From assembly GCF_964213995.1 (NCBI RefSeq), contig NC_135817.1:53258001-53322000 (forward strand): a DNA stretch of 64,000 nucleotides. Direction: 5' to 3'. Under the pieces are notes generated by a model that made no database searches, was not told the DNA's origin, and saw only the letters and a list, made by a program, of their open reading frames with translations. Both the position numbers and the translations under genes were made by a program. This document shows positions 42,501-51,400 of this stretch, one piece after another. This DNA comes from Mustelus asterias. Taxonomy: Eukaryota. Position 1 is the first letter of the stretch. Each line of letters opens with the position of its first letter.

Positions 42501-42839
42501 ATTATTGCAACTAATGTTAGAACGTATTGCTTTCTCCATCTCAACAAATCATGAGTGATACATTGCGGTAAAATACCTAATGCGGTGTAATTTTGTAGTA
42601 AATTAGATTTCACTACACACGAGTAAATCAGAAATGCTGGGTTTTTTTTTTAAATGGTGGTTTTTTTGCTAAAGAAAATTATGTTTCCCTCCAGGTTTGT
42701 ATGCGAGGGTACTATTGACGACAAAATCTTTGAGCTTCAGGAGAAGAAAAAGGAGCTAGCAAAAAAGGTGCTCTCAGGAACTGGCGGATCCTTTACCAAG
42801 CTCACACTGGCTGATCTTCGAATTCTGTTTGGTGTCTGA
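3417..42839 (+). CDS. TTF2: Transcription termination factor 2 (SNF2/Lodestar-type ATPase). Multi-exon gene; 22 coding exons in window (3611 nt); exon 1 (~9 codons) not found
   Basis: Spliced translation gives the N-terminal Zn-finger ([18 protein letters not shown]), [13 protein letters not shown] (motif I), [19 protein letters not shown] (DEAH), [39 protein letters not shown] and the C-terminus [13 protein letters not shown]. All introns are GT-AG with consistent phases. TTF2-TRIM45 adjacency matches the human 1p13 neighbourhood as recalled. Confidence 0.97.
4915..5575 (+). mobile_element. CR1/HER1-type LINE 3' fragment
   Basis: [32 protein letters not shown]. Confidence 0.85.
5990..6190. 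mobile_element. Penelope-derived foldback insertion (family A)
   Basis: Inverted arms gaaaatgctggaaaatctcagcaggtctggcagcatctg / cagatgctgccagacctgctgagattttccagcattttc; flanked by ttgttgttgttgt on both sides. Confidence 0.7.
6275..6361 (+). CDS. TTF2: TTF2 exon 3
   Basis: cccag|T...CG|gtatga; (D)[28 protein letters not shown](R). Confidence 0.93.
6930..6996 (+). CDS. TTF2: TTF2 exon 4
   Basis: tgtag|G...CAG|gtatgg; [22 protein letters not shown]. Confidence 0.93.
7386..7700 (-). mobile_element. HE1-type SINE
   Basis: Same head/core/tail. Confidence 0.85.
9798..10883 (+). CDS. TTF2: TTF2 exon 5 (large disordered linker, 1086 nt)
   Basis: ttcag|GGA...AAG|gtaat; open throughout and in frame with ORF 10014-10973; contains RNPF and ends LTSQLKQTK. 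Confidence 0.9.
11162..11500 (-). mobile_element. HE1-type SINE (young, CpG-rich)
   Basis: gggcggcacggtagcacagtggttagc...gggttcgattccc (Pol III A/B boxes); tail (tttctatga)n. Confidence 0.9.
12266..12392 (+). CDS. TTF2: TTF2 exon 6
   Basis: tacag|AAT...G|gtatt; [32 protein letters not shown] (LPDKG motif). Confidence 0.93.
13093..13257 (+). CDS. TTF2: TTF2 exon 7
   Basis: tctag|GA...G|gtaaa; phase 1/1, open frame [13 protein letters not shown]...QMYR; poorly conserved region, so supported mainly by splice sites and phase. Confidence 0.78.
13430..13860 (-). mobile_element. Penelope-like element 3' remnant (GIY-YIG C-terminus + hammerhead-like end)
   Basis: Minus strand reads [26 protein letters not shown]; followed by GTCCTGATAAGTGCAAAATGAAAAGCTTC at 13480-13452. 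Confidence 0.7.
14362..14519 (+). CDS. TTF2: TTF2 exon 8
   Basis: ttcag|CA...AAG|gtaat; [37 protein letters not shown]. Confidence 0.92.
15895..16265 (+). mobile_element. HE1-type SINE
   Basis: Same head/core/tail. Confidence 0.85.
18381..18462 (+). CDS. TTF2: TTF2 exon 9
   Basis: tatag|ATC...G|gtgag; [27 protein letters not shown]. Confidence 0.96.
18793..18864 (-). pseudogene. tRNA-Gln(CTG)-derived copy, probably a pseudogene
   Basis: 72 nt GGTTCTGTAGTGTAATGGTGACCACTCTGGATTCTGAATCCAGCGATCTGAGTTCAAATCTTGGCAGAGCCT; colinear with vertebrate tRNA-Gln-CTG, anticodon CTG, several CpG-type substitutions. Confidence 0.8.
19062..19175 (+). CDS. TTF2: TTF2 exon 10 (Walker A)
   Basis: tttag|CG...G|gtaag; (A)[18 protein letters not shown]...WISKT. 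Confidence 0.96.
19225..21530 (+). mobile_element. Degenerate CR1-type LINE RT region, interrupted by nested insertions
   Basis: [48 protein letters not shown] fragments. Confidence 0.8.
19745..20694. mobile_element. GC-rich non-autonomous DNA transposon (MITE-like) inserted into a CR1 remnant
   Basis: Splits the CR1 text gatttggaca|ttgagtgagtgggca; imperfect TIRs gggcctaattttacca / tcgtaaaataggatct; ATT on both flanks; internal ccactctgcttgagat repeats. Confidence 0.6.
22250..22545 (+). mobile_element. HE1-type SINE
   Basis: Same core/tail, head slightly truncated. Confidence 0.85.
22633..22783 (+). CDS. TTF2: TTF2 exon 11
   Basis: aacag|AT...GT|gtgag; [26 protein letters not shown]. Confidence 0.96.
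23493..23592 (+). CDS. TTF2: TTF2 exon 12
   Basis: tgtag|A...GAG|gtaag; [19 protein letters not shown]. Confidence 0.95.
24001..24200 (+). CDS. TTF2: TTF2 exon 13 (DEAH box)
   Basis: ttcag|GCA...AA|gtaag; [35 protein letters not shown]. Confidence 0.97.
24488..24641 (+). CDS. TTF2: TTF2 exon 14
   Basis: ttcag|G...CTG|gtata; [32 protein letters not shown]. Confidence 0.96.
26793..26884 (+). CDS. TTF2: TTF2 exon 15
   Basis: tccag|GTT...AG|gtctg; [30 protein letters not shown]. Confidence 0.95.
28842..28930 (+). CDS. TTF2: TTF2 exon 16
   Basis: catag|G...G|gtaag; [12 protein letters not shown]...DNPFNR. Confidence 0.94.
29602..29960 (+). mobile_element. HE1-type SINE (young, CpG-rich)
   Basis: Nearly identical to the 11162-11500 copy, opposite orientation. 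Confidence 0.9.
30102..30133 (+). ncRNA. Minimal hammerhead-ribozyme-like motif (degenerate stem II)
   Basis: GUC-CUGAUGA-CUGCUAAAU-GAA-AAUAUU-C-GAC; paralog of the motif at 13449-13480. Confidence 0.45.
30150..31340 (+). mobile_element. Degenerate RTE-clade LINE fragment
   Basis: Remnants reading [31 protein letters not shown]; boundaries approximate. Confidence 0.7.
31691..31833 (+). CDS. TTF2: TTF2 exon 17
   Basis: attag|TA...ACG|gtaag; (V)AREFG...[25 protein letters not shown]. Confidence 0.95.
32170..32450 (-). mobile_element. HE1-type SINE (variant tail)
   Basis: Same head/core; tail shared with the 44496 copy. Confidence 0.8.
32672..32842 (+). CDS. TTF2: TTF2 exon 18
   Basis: tacag|GCT...AAG|gtatg; [31 protein letters not shown]. 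Confidence 0.95.
34448..34506 (+). CDS. TTF2: TTF2 exon 19
   Basis: gccag|ATT...TG|gtacg; [19 protein letters not shown]. Confidence 0.92.
36717..36870 (+). CDS. TTF2: TTF2 exon 20
   Basis: cttag|T...CAG|gtacc; [39 protein letters not shown]. Confidence 0.96.
37469..37551 (+). CDS. TTF2: TTF2 exon 21
   Basis: cgcag|GTC...TG|gtaag; [27 protein letters not shown](W). Confidence 0.96.
38752..38826 (+). CDS. TTF2: TTF2 exon 22
   Basis: ttcag|G...AG|gtaac; [24 protein letters not shown](R). Confidence 0.96.
39801..41225 (-). mobile_element. Younger CR1-type LINE fragment (endonuclease C-term/linker + 3' tail) nested in an older + strand CR1 (~39430-42250)
   Basis: ORF 40352-41248: [51 protein letters not shown]; tail at 39801. 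Confidence 0.85.
42695..42839 (+). CDS. TTF2: TTF2 exon 23 (last coding exon)
   Basis: tccag|G; [44 protein letters not shown]. Confidence 0.96.
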
Positions 42840-44495
42840 GCTTCGAAAGAAACAGTCCTGCAACTTAATTGTCAAACATTTTAACAAATCACAGTCAAAG
42901 CGCAATGCATCTGCACATGAGAAATTTGAATTAGTGGATGTCAGACACATATATGCCAAACATAATATGGATGTTTTCATGTAATTATGCTGCAAGTTAC
43001 ACAACCTTTTAAGTTGTTGGGTCATTTATATAGTTGGTGCGAGATGTTCTGTTACAGGAACAAAATACAAAGCTGCATCATCCCCAGTGTGAAGCCAAAT
43101 ATTTGTGTTTTTATCAAAGGTGGACAAACAATTCCCAGTGAAAATGAGGATTTACTTTATCAAAGTATATGATTTTGGTTTGGTCAGAACGTTGCTTTCT
43201 TAACTTGGCACTTATCATTCTTTTAAAGACTGAATGTAAGTCAACATTTCATCGTTAAAGTAAATTTTGAGTTTTTTCTGCAAAATACTTTGGAAAAGAT
43301 TTTGTGATCTGATTTTTTTTTCAGTAACTGATCCATTTTACACTTGCAACATCATTTAAGATGTGTAAGCATTATAAAACAAATACCAAGCCACAAAAGG
43401 AAATGTTGAGTCAGATGATTAAAAGCTTGCTGTCAAAGGGGTAGATTTTAAGTGTCTTAACAGAGGAAAGTGAGGTTTAGAGGAATAGAAACTGAATTCC
43501 AGTGCTTGAGCCTAGGAAAACTGAAGACATCAGTGGTGTGAATGCACAAGAGACTGGTATCAGAAAAGTGCAGATATCTGAGGGTTGTGTTGCTGGAAAG
43601 ATCACCAAGATGGAGGAGTAAGACTAATGGAAGGAATTGAAAACAAGAATAAGAATTTTAAAATCAAGATATTGCTTGACTCTGAGCTGAGGGGGATAGG
43701 GGAATAGGATCCTCTGCACCTTAAGACAACGGCAGCAGAGTTTTGGATGACCAAGAATGGTAGGAGATGGGAGACCAGTCAGGAGTAGTCAAATCTAAAG
43801 ATAATGTACGGGGTGAAGGTTTCAGCAGCAGATGAGCTGAGTCTGGATTATGTTAATGGAGGCAGTAAAAACTTGTCTCCGAGATGGCACAAATGAGGTC
43901 AGAAACAAATCAAATGTGACTTCAAAATTAGGAAGGAACTGATGAATCATATAGTTAATTAATGTACCATCTGAGATGTGCAGCTTTGATGTTTGCTCAG
44001 ATTTCAATAGAATTTCCTGTTGCTGATACAAAGTCTCTTTGTAAAATTAGTTCAGGCAAGCTTCATAAATGGACAATGAACCCACAAACTGTCAACAGTT
44101 CAGCACAAATTTACACTAAATTTTCAGTCTTGTTGGCTAACTGAATAACAAATTTTAAGGTTTTCATAGAATCAAAGAACATCACCAAAATGTAGCTTAA
44201 ATCAAAATTTTAACGATGTAATTTGCATTGCGTGGACCTCCGTGTGGGAAATGGGAGCTTGATTTATATTCTAATTAAAAATGTGGTTCCTTGCATTTAG
44301 CTACAAGGACTGAAGTGATCAATTACTCCAGTTTATAACTGAAAATCTGGAACAGTGGGCAGTGTCGCTGCCTCTGAGCCAGAAGTTCCGGGTTTGAGTC
44401 CCAGCCCAGCACTTGATGGCCAAGGAAGGAGCATTTATAATGCGGTCAAACAGGTTGAACGTACAGAACAAATGGCAAGGAGAAATAAATTTTTA

Positions 44496-44818
44496 GGGTG
44501 GCACAGTGGTTTGCACTGCTGCCTCACAGCTCCAGGGACCCGGGTTCAATTCTGGCCTTGGGTGACTGTGTGGAGTTTGCATGTTCTCCCTGTCTCTGCA
44601 TGCTCCAGTTTCCTCCCACAGTCCAAAGATGTGCAGGTGAGATGGATTGGCCATGCTAAATTGCCCCTTAGTGTCCCAGGATGTGTAGGTTAGCCATGGT
44701 AAATGTGTGGGGTTACAGGTATAGAGCGGGGAGAGAGGACCGGGGTAAGATACTCTGTCAGAGTTGGTGCAGACTCAACGGGCTAAGTGGCCTCTTCTGC
44801 ACTGTAGGGATTCTATGA
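44496..44818 (+). mobile_element. HE1-type SINE (variant tail)
   Basis: gggtggcacagtggtttgcactgctgcctcacagc...gtagggattctatga. Confidence 0.8.
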
Positions 44819-45269
44819 GAGAGAGATTTCACATGTTCAACATCAGTGTGGAGGCTCCTTTCCAAATCTAAAACTCTCCACAGGACCCATCAATCTTGTG
44901 TTTGGGTAGTGGATCACATTTTCCTCAGGAAACCAATGTTATTCCAATAGAAAACGTTTTTAGTAATATAAGGTATAATAAACCAAGCTATGAGCTGGTA
45001 TGATCCCAGCTATAAAAACAGGATTTGAGCATTACACAAGATGTTGAATTCATTGAAGTACAGATTTTTTTTTTCTCCTGAAAAGATTTGCTTTAACTGC
45101 GGGAATTGTGTAACTTACAATACTTACATTTCCTGCAAGTCAGCAGCTGTCAATATTTACATATTATTTAACCTGTTTGCAATGTATACAGATTCTGCAC
45201 AACTCATTGGAACAGCTCCATTATTTAATGGTTTGCAAAGCTCTTCATATTTTCTTGTCTGAAGTTATC

Positions 45270-48100
45270 TCTGGAAAACAAGCTAGACGAACTTAAAGTC
45301 AGACTCGCTTTTCAAAGAGAACTGAAGGAATGCTGTGTACTCTATTTCACGGAGTCGTGGCTCACTCCTGCTTCACCGGACAGTGCCCTACAACTAGAGG
45401 GCTTCTCAATCCCCCAAGTGGACTGTACAGCAGCCTCAGGCAGGGCTAAGGGAGGTGGGGTCTGGTTCCTAGTCAACACCTCATGGTGTCTAGACATATC
45501 AACACTGGTTAGTTTCTGCTCCCCGAACCTAGAATACCTGATGCTAAAATGCTGCCCTTACCACCTTCTGCAGAAGTTCACTTCTGTTATCCTGACAGCA
45601 GTTTACATCCTACCCAATGCAGATATGAAGACCGTGCTGTACAAAATGTACATCAGTACAAATAGCCTTAAGGCAAAACATCCCAAGACCTTGTTCATTG
45701 TGACCGGGGATTTCAATCAGGCCAAGCTCGAGTGTCTGGCCAAGGCACCACCAACACATCTGTTCCACTAGAGGCCCAAACATACTACATAAATATCAAA
45801 CATGTCTACTGCTTTGGCAAATCAGACCACAAGGCTGTGCTCCTGCTCCTGGCTTACAAGCAAAAACAAACAGGAGAATCCATCAAAAAAAGTCATGCGT
45901 TGTTGGTCTGAGGCATTGGATGATCTCCTATAGGACTGCTTAGTCAGTGGACTGGTCAGTATTTAAAAACTCTGCGACCAGCCTGAACAAGTACGCCACT
46001 ACAGTAACTGACTTCATGTGTAGAAGATTGTCAAAGAAGCAGATCCACGTGTTTCCCAACCAGAAACCATGAATGAACTGGGATATCCACTGCTTGCTGA
46101 AACCTAGGTCTGAGGCATTCAAGTCAGGGCAACCCTGACCTATACAAGAAAGTAAGGAGTCTAACAACACCAGGTTAAAGTCCAACAGGTTTATTTGGTA
46201 GCAAACGCCACTAGCTTTCGGAGCGGCGTTTGCTACCAAATAAACCTGTTAGACTTTAACCTGGTGTTGTTAGACTCCTTACTGTGTTTACCCCAGTCCA
46301 ACGCCGGCATTTCCACATCATGATTATACAAGAAAGCCAGATATGATCGAAGGAGATTTGTCAACGATGCCAAAAGACCATACCAGACCAAACTAGAGTT
46401 CCAGGCTAGCCACATGGACCCCAGCTGACTATGGCAAGGTCTACAAGATGAAGGCAGGTAAAATCGCTGGCACTAATGCACCCCTCCCTGATGAACTCAA
46501 TGCATTCTATGCCAATTTTGAGCAAGAGGTCAGCGAGAGCACACACTTCAACCCAGAATCCTCAGACGAACTTGTATCCGAGGTCACCATTGCAGATGAC
46601 AGAGCAGCCTTCTCAAAGGTCAACCCACGGAAAGCGACTGGCCCGGATGGGGTACCCGGATCAGCTGGCGGGGATATTCACAAACATCTTCAACCTCTCT
46701 TTACAACAATCTGAGGTCCTGATCTGCTTCAAGAAGACAACAATCATCCCTGTACCAAAGAAAAACCAAGCAGTGTGCCTTAATGACTATCGTCTGGTGC
46801 TCTTACGCCCATCATTATGAAGTGCTTTGAAAGATTAGTCATGGCACAAATCAATTCCGGTGCCTCAGACTGCCTGGATCCAGTAAGTTCACCTACTGCT
46901 GCAACAGATCCACAGCAGATGCCATCTCCCTGGCGTTGCACTCAACCCTGGAACACTTGGATAACAAAGACACCTATGTCAGACTCCTATTTATCGACAC
47001 CAGCCCAGCCTTCAACACCATTATTCCTACGAAACTCATCTCCAAATCTGTGGCCTGGGACTTAGCTCCTCCCTCTGCAACTGGATCCTGTACTTTCTAA
47101 CCCAGAGACTGCAATCAATAAGTATAGGCGACAACAACACCTCCATGATCATCCTCAACACCGGGGCCCTACAAGGCTGTGTCTTCAGCCCCTTACTATA
47201 CTCATACACCTATGACTGTGTGGCCAAATTCCCCTCCAACTCGATTTTTCAAGTTTGCTGATGACACCACTGTAGTGGGTGGGATCTCAAACAATGATGA
47301 GACGGAGTACAGGAAAGAGTTAGAGAATCAGGTGAACTGATACGGCAACAATAATCTCTCCCTCAATGTCAACAAAATGAAGGAGATAGTCATCGGCTTC
47401 AGGAAGTGTAGTGGAGGACATACCCCTGTCTACATCAATGGGGACGAAGTAGAAATGGTCGAGGGCTTCAAGTTTTTAGGTATCTAGATCACCAACAATC
47501 TGTCCTGGTTCTTCCCCCTCCACCCCCACACATGCCAACACTATAGTTAAGAAAGCCTACCAACGCCTCTACCTTCTGAGAAGATTAAGGAAATTTGGTA
47601 TGTCTGCTACCACTCTCCAACTTTTACAAATGCACCATAGAAAGTATTCTTTCTGGATATATCACAGTTTGGTATTGCTTCTTTGTCCAAGACGCAAGAA
47701 ACTACAAAGGGACATGAATGAAGCCCAGTCCATCATTCAAACCAACCTCCCAACCATTGACAATGTGGACGTTTCCAGCTGCCTCGGAAAAGCAGCCAGC
47801 ATAATTAAGGACCCCATGCACCCCGGATTCTCTCTTCCACCTTCTTCCGTCGGGAAAAAGATACAAAAGTCTGAGGACATGTACCAACCGATTGGAGAAC
47901 AGCTTCTTCCTTGCTGCCATAAGACTTTTGAATGGACCAACCTCACATGAAGTTGATCTTTCTCTCCACCCTAGCTATGATTGTAACACTACATTCTGTA
48001 CACTCTTTTCCTTCTCCGTGTACGGTATGTTTTGCCTATACTAGCGTGCAAGAAACAATACTTTTCACAGTATACAAATACATGTGACAATAAATAAAAT
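45270..48100 (+). mobile_element. Near-complete degenerate Rex1/Babar-type non-LTR retrotransposon (APE endonuclease + RT)
   Basis: Fragments [76 protein letters not shown]; stops and frameshifts; 3' tail ending caataaataaaatc. Confidence 0.85.
46153..46324. mobile_element. Penelope-derived foldback insertion (family B), nested in the Rex1 element
   Basis: Inverted arms caacaccaggttaaagtccaacaggtttatttggtagc...; 12-bp TSD TATACAAGAAAG (46141-46152, 46325-46336). Confidence 0.8.
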
Positions 48101-48268
48101 CGATAATTAGCATCAAAACTGGAACTAGTAATAAAAAGTCACCTCATATTGTTATCCACAGCGTTCTCCTGATGTCAGAGTTGTCACTGCCAGATGTTAA
48201 AGAACAAAACACGGTACATTAGAATCATGCACACGCTTATCACAAAAATGTTAAATTTAACTACTTAC

Positions 48269-48420
48269 CATTTTCTTGAAATTCTGAACGCAGATCATTG
48301 CCGTTAGCATCAAACTTATTCCCACAAAGATCATGAAGTAGCGTGCGATTTCTGGGGTGGACCAGTTAGCCGTAACTGGAGTACATAGGGTGAAATCACT
48401 TGGCTGTAAAAACTGTTCAC
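48269..48420 (-). CDS. IgSF gene exon 4: connecting peptide, transmembrane segment and start of short tail
   Basis: ttgcag|GT..ATG|gtaagt; EQFLQPSDFTLCTPVTANWSTPEIARYFMIFVGISLMLTAMICVQNFKKM. Read-through gives VSS* (TAA at 48259-48257); the next good acceptor (~48187) starts with TGA. Confidence 0.75.
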
Positions 48421-51400
48421 CTGCAAGAAATTCTTTTGATTTTCTTTAAACGGAGATTTTTACTTTAACTGGATTAATACCTTCGTCAAAATAACTAATT
48501 CAGGTCTATCATAGATATTTCCCAAGTTTCAGTGTCTTCCGATTCGTAGTTAAATGATCTGAGCGTCTTTTAATGACGGCGACTCGTGCTGCCGTAGATC
48601 AACTAGCGTAACTGAGTATCTCTTGTGACTTGAACTTCATATTTATTTTACGCGTCCGTCTTTAATCTGTGAAGTTGATTGAGCAGCAGCTTGTTAGACA
48701 AGAAAAGATACTTTGCTGTGGCAGAAGGAGGGCACGCAGTTGTGCTTTGATTCACCTATTTCAATCCGATCAATTTATTTTCCCATGTTTAATTTTAAAA
48801 AACGCACCACGTTTTCCCCACATTAGTTGTCTCGCTGATTTAAGCAAGGCGCCTCATTGCCCTCTAATATTCGTAAACTTTCAGTTTCAGTGAAAGCACT
48901 GATTAAACACCTAACTGGCTTCCAGGATAAAAGCAAATTACCGCGGATGCTGCAATCTGAAACCAAAAGGGAAAATGCTGGAAAATCTCAGCAGGTCTGG
49001 CAGCATCGGTAAGGAGAGAAAAGAGCTGACGTCTCGAGTCCAGATGACCCTTTGTCAAAGCTCTGACAAAGGGTCGTCTGGACTTGAAACATCAGCTCTT
49101 TTCTCTCCTTACCGATGCTGCCAGACCTGCTGAGATTTTCCAGCATTTTCTCTTTTGGTAACTGGCTTCCAAAGTGTGCGTCTCGGCTTCAACCTCCCTC
49201 TATTCACAGACACATTAAAAAGATTTAAAAGTTTCAATGTGACATACTCCAACAGAGACAGGCATCTAAAAGGACACTGTAGGTTTTAACGTTGGAATCG
49301 CTAACCTATCAATCTGGCTACCTGATTTTGCTAAGAATCGGGTATAGGAAGAGAAAAAAAACTATTTGGATCAATATTGTAAATTGATTTATGGAATAAT
49401 ATTACAAATTACATGAATCTGGCAATTGTATATACTAGCCAAAACTCTGTGGATCACACCATGTGAAATATTTATAAATGTCTGTAGTTTTAATTTGACT
49501 TGTATATAGATGAACAGCATCTGTCAACATATTGGGTGATTTTGTAGACACTGAGCTACAAATGGAGAATCAATTGTTTTCTGGATCTCAGGTAAAGCTT
49601 TAGGAGGTTCTGTACGGTTACCTTTTAAAGGTTAAAATTAACCGACTTGCACACTAGCAGCATGTGGAATCTGTTTATCTACACGTTATTCCAGAGTCAG
49701 TTTCATTTACTGTTTGGCTATCTATACTACTTTCCATCTGCTCAGTTTTTTGTCCAGGTTCCTGACCATCTCTATGTCTCAGTTACTTGCCTTCCTCTGG
49801 GAACACGTCTTTGCCCACATTTCTGCCCACTTCACCCACTGGACACGTATCAAGTTCACTCGTTACCAAATACATTGTTCACTCTCTAATTTTTCTTTGT
49901 ACTGCATAGACAACAAACTCTTCCATGGGAAATGTATATTTTAAAAATTTAGGGCTTGGATTAGGCTGGATGTTTCTCCTGACAAATTGCCAAAGTTGTG
50001 AGCAGCCTGTTTATTTCAATTAGAGGTGTATTCCAGAATAACGTGGGACCATTCTCGTTCTCATCTTAGGGGGAACGCTGTTGGAGGGAACTCGACCACT
50101 TTTACTGCAGCATCTTTCAATCATAGAATCCCCAGAGTGTAGAAGGAAGCTATTCGGCCCATCGAGCACACACACACACACACATAAAATACATCTTAGA
50201 ATTCACACAGTAAAAATTGGGGCTTCTCACAAATAGGCAGTATTTAACCATCGTCCTCATCCTGTTATAGCTCTAGTAAAATACTTCATTGAGCAAACGT
50301 TATCTAAGTATATGCTTGATGAATATGGGACAGAAATGCATTTTTAAAACACCATGGTTCATTTTTGATTCAAAAAATGTTTGTTTTAAAATAAGATTAC
50401 AGTCTGTACTGATCTGTGTATCTTTTCAATAAATATCACCCGAGTATCTGCTCGCGAACAGGAATCCGCCGGAAAAAGATTACCATCCTGCTATATTCCT
50501 GATGTAAACATTTCAAACTGAATTCACTGCACTACCACCTCCTTGAATTGAACTGAGGTGTACCAACTAGACCAGCACTGGAAGCCTATTCAACACAACC
50601 TCCTTATCAATTTTGAACCCCTCAACAGAGCTTCCTTGTCTGTCTCCATGGCTTGGGTAGCAACTACCTCAGTAAAAATGATGTAAAGTATTAATTTAAT
50701 ACTTCAGCCATGCCCCCACAGTCCATGTGTAAATTTGCTTTTTTGTCCCTAATGGGCCCTACTCCTTTTACCATCATTTTATTACTTACAAGCCTATAGA
50801 AGACGTTGCAATTCCAGAGAGACAAAGCAATAGGAATAGGAGTAGCCCATTCGGCCCTTCGAGCCTGCCATTAATTATGATCATGACTGATTATTCAGCC
50901 CACTAGCCTATTCCCTCCTCTTCTCCCCATCCCTTAATTACCTGCTGCACTTATAAACCAACCTTTTGCGATTCTTGCACAAGGACACCCAGATCGCTCT
51001 GCACAGCAGCATGCTGCAATTTTTTACCTTTTAAATAATAGCCCATTTTGCTGTGCAGTTTCTCCTCATCGCAATCGTAAATATCCTCAGAGTGACTCCT
51101 GGTTCTAGACTCCTCAGCTATTGGGAACATTCTTCCTGCATCTACCCTAGCCCTGTTAGAATTTTATAGGTTTCTATGAGATCCTACCCCCCCACCCCCC
51201 CCCCCCCCCCCCCCATTCTTCTAAACTCCAGTGGACGTAACCCTAACCAACTCAATCTCTCCTTGTACGTCAGTTTCGTCATCCCAGGAATCTGCGCTCC
51301 CTCTACAGCAAGAACATCCTTCCTCAGATAAGGAAACCAAAACTGCATGCAATATTCCAGGTGTGGTCGCACCAAGGCCCTGTATAATTGCAGCAAGACA

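Noticed and set aside
48481-48755. CpG-rich stretch with apparent acceptor and donor just upstream of the TM exon
   Set aside because: All three minus frames have stops and no Ig motif is recognisable; the implied intron would be only 60 nt
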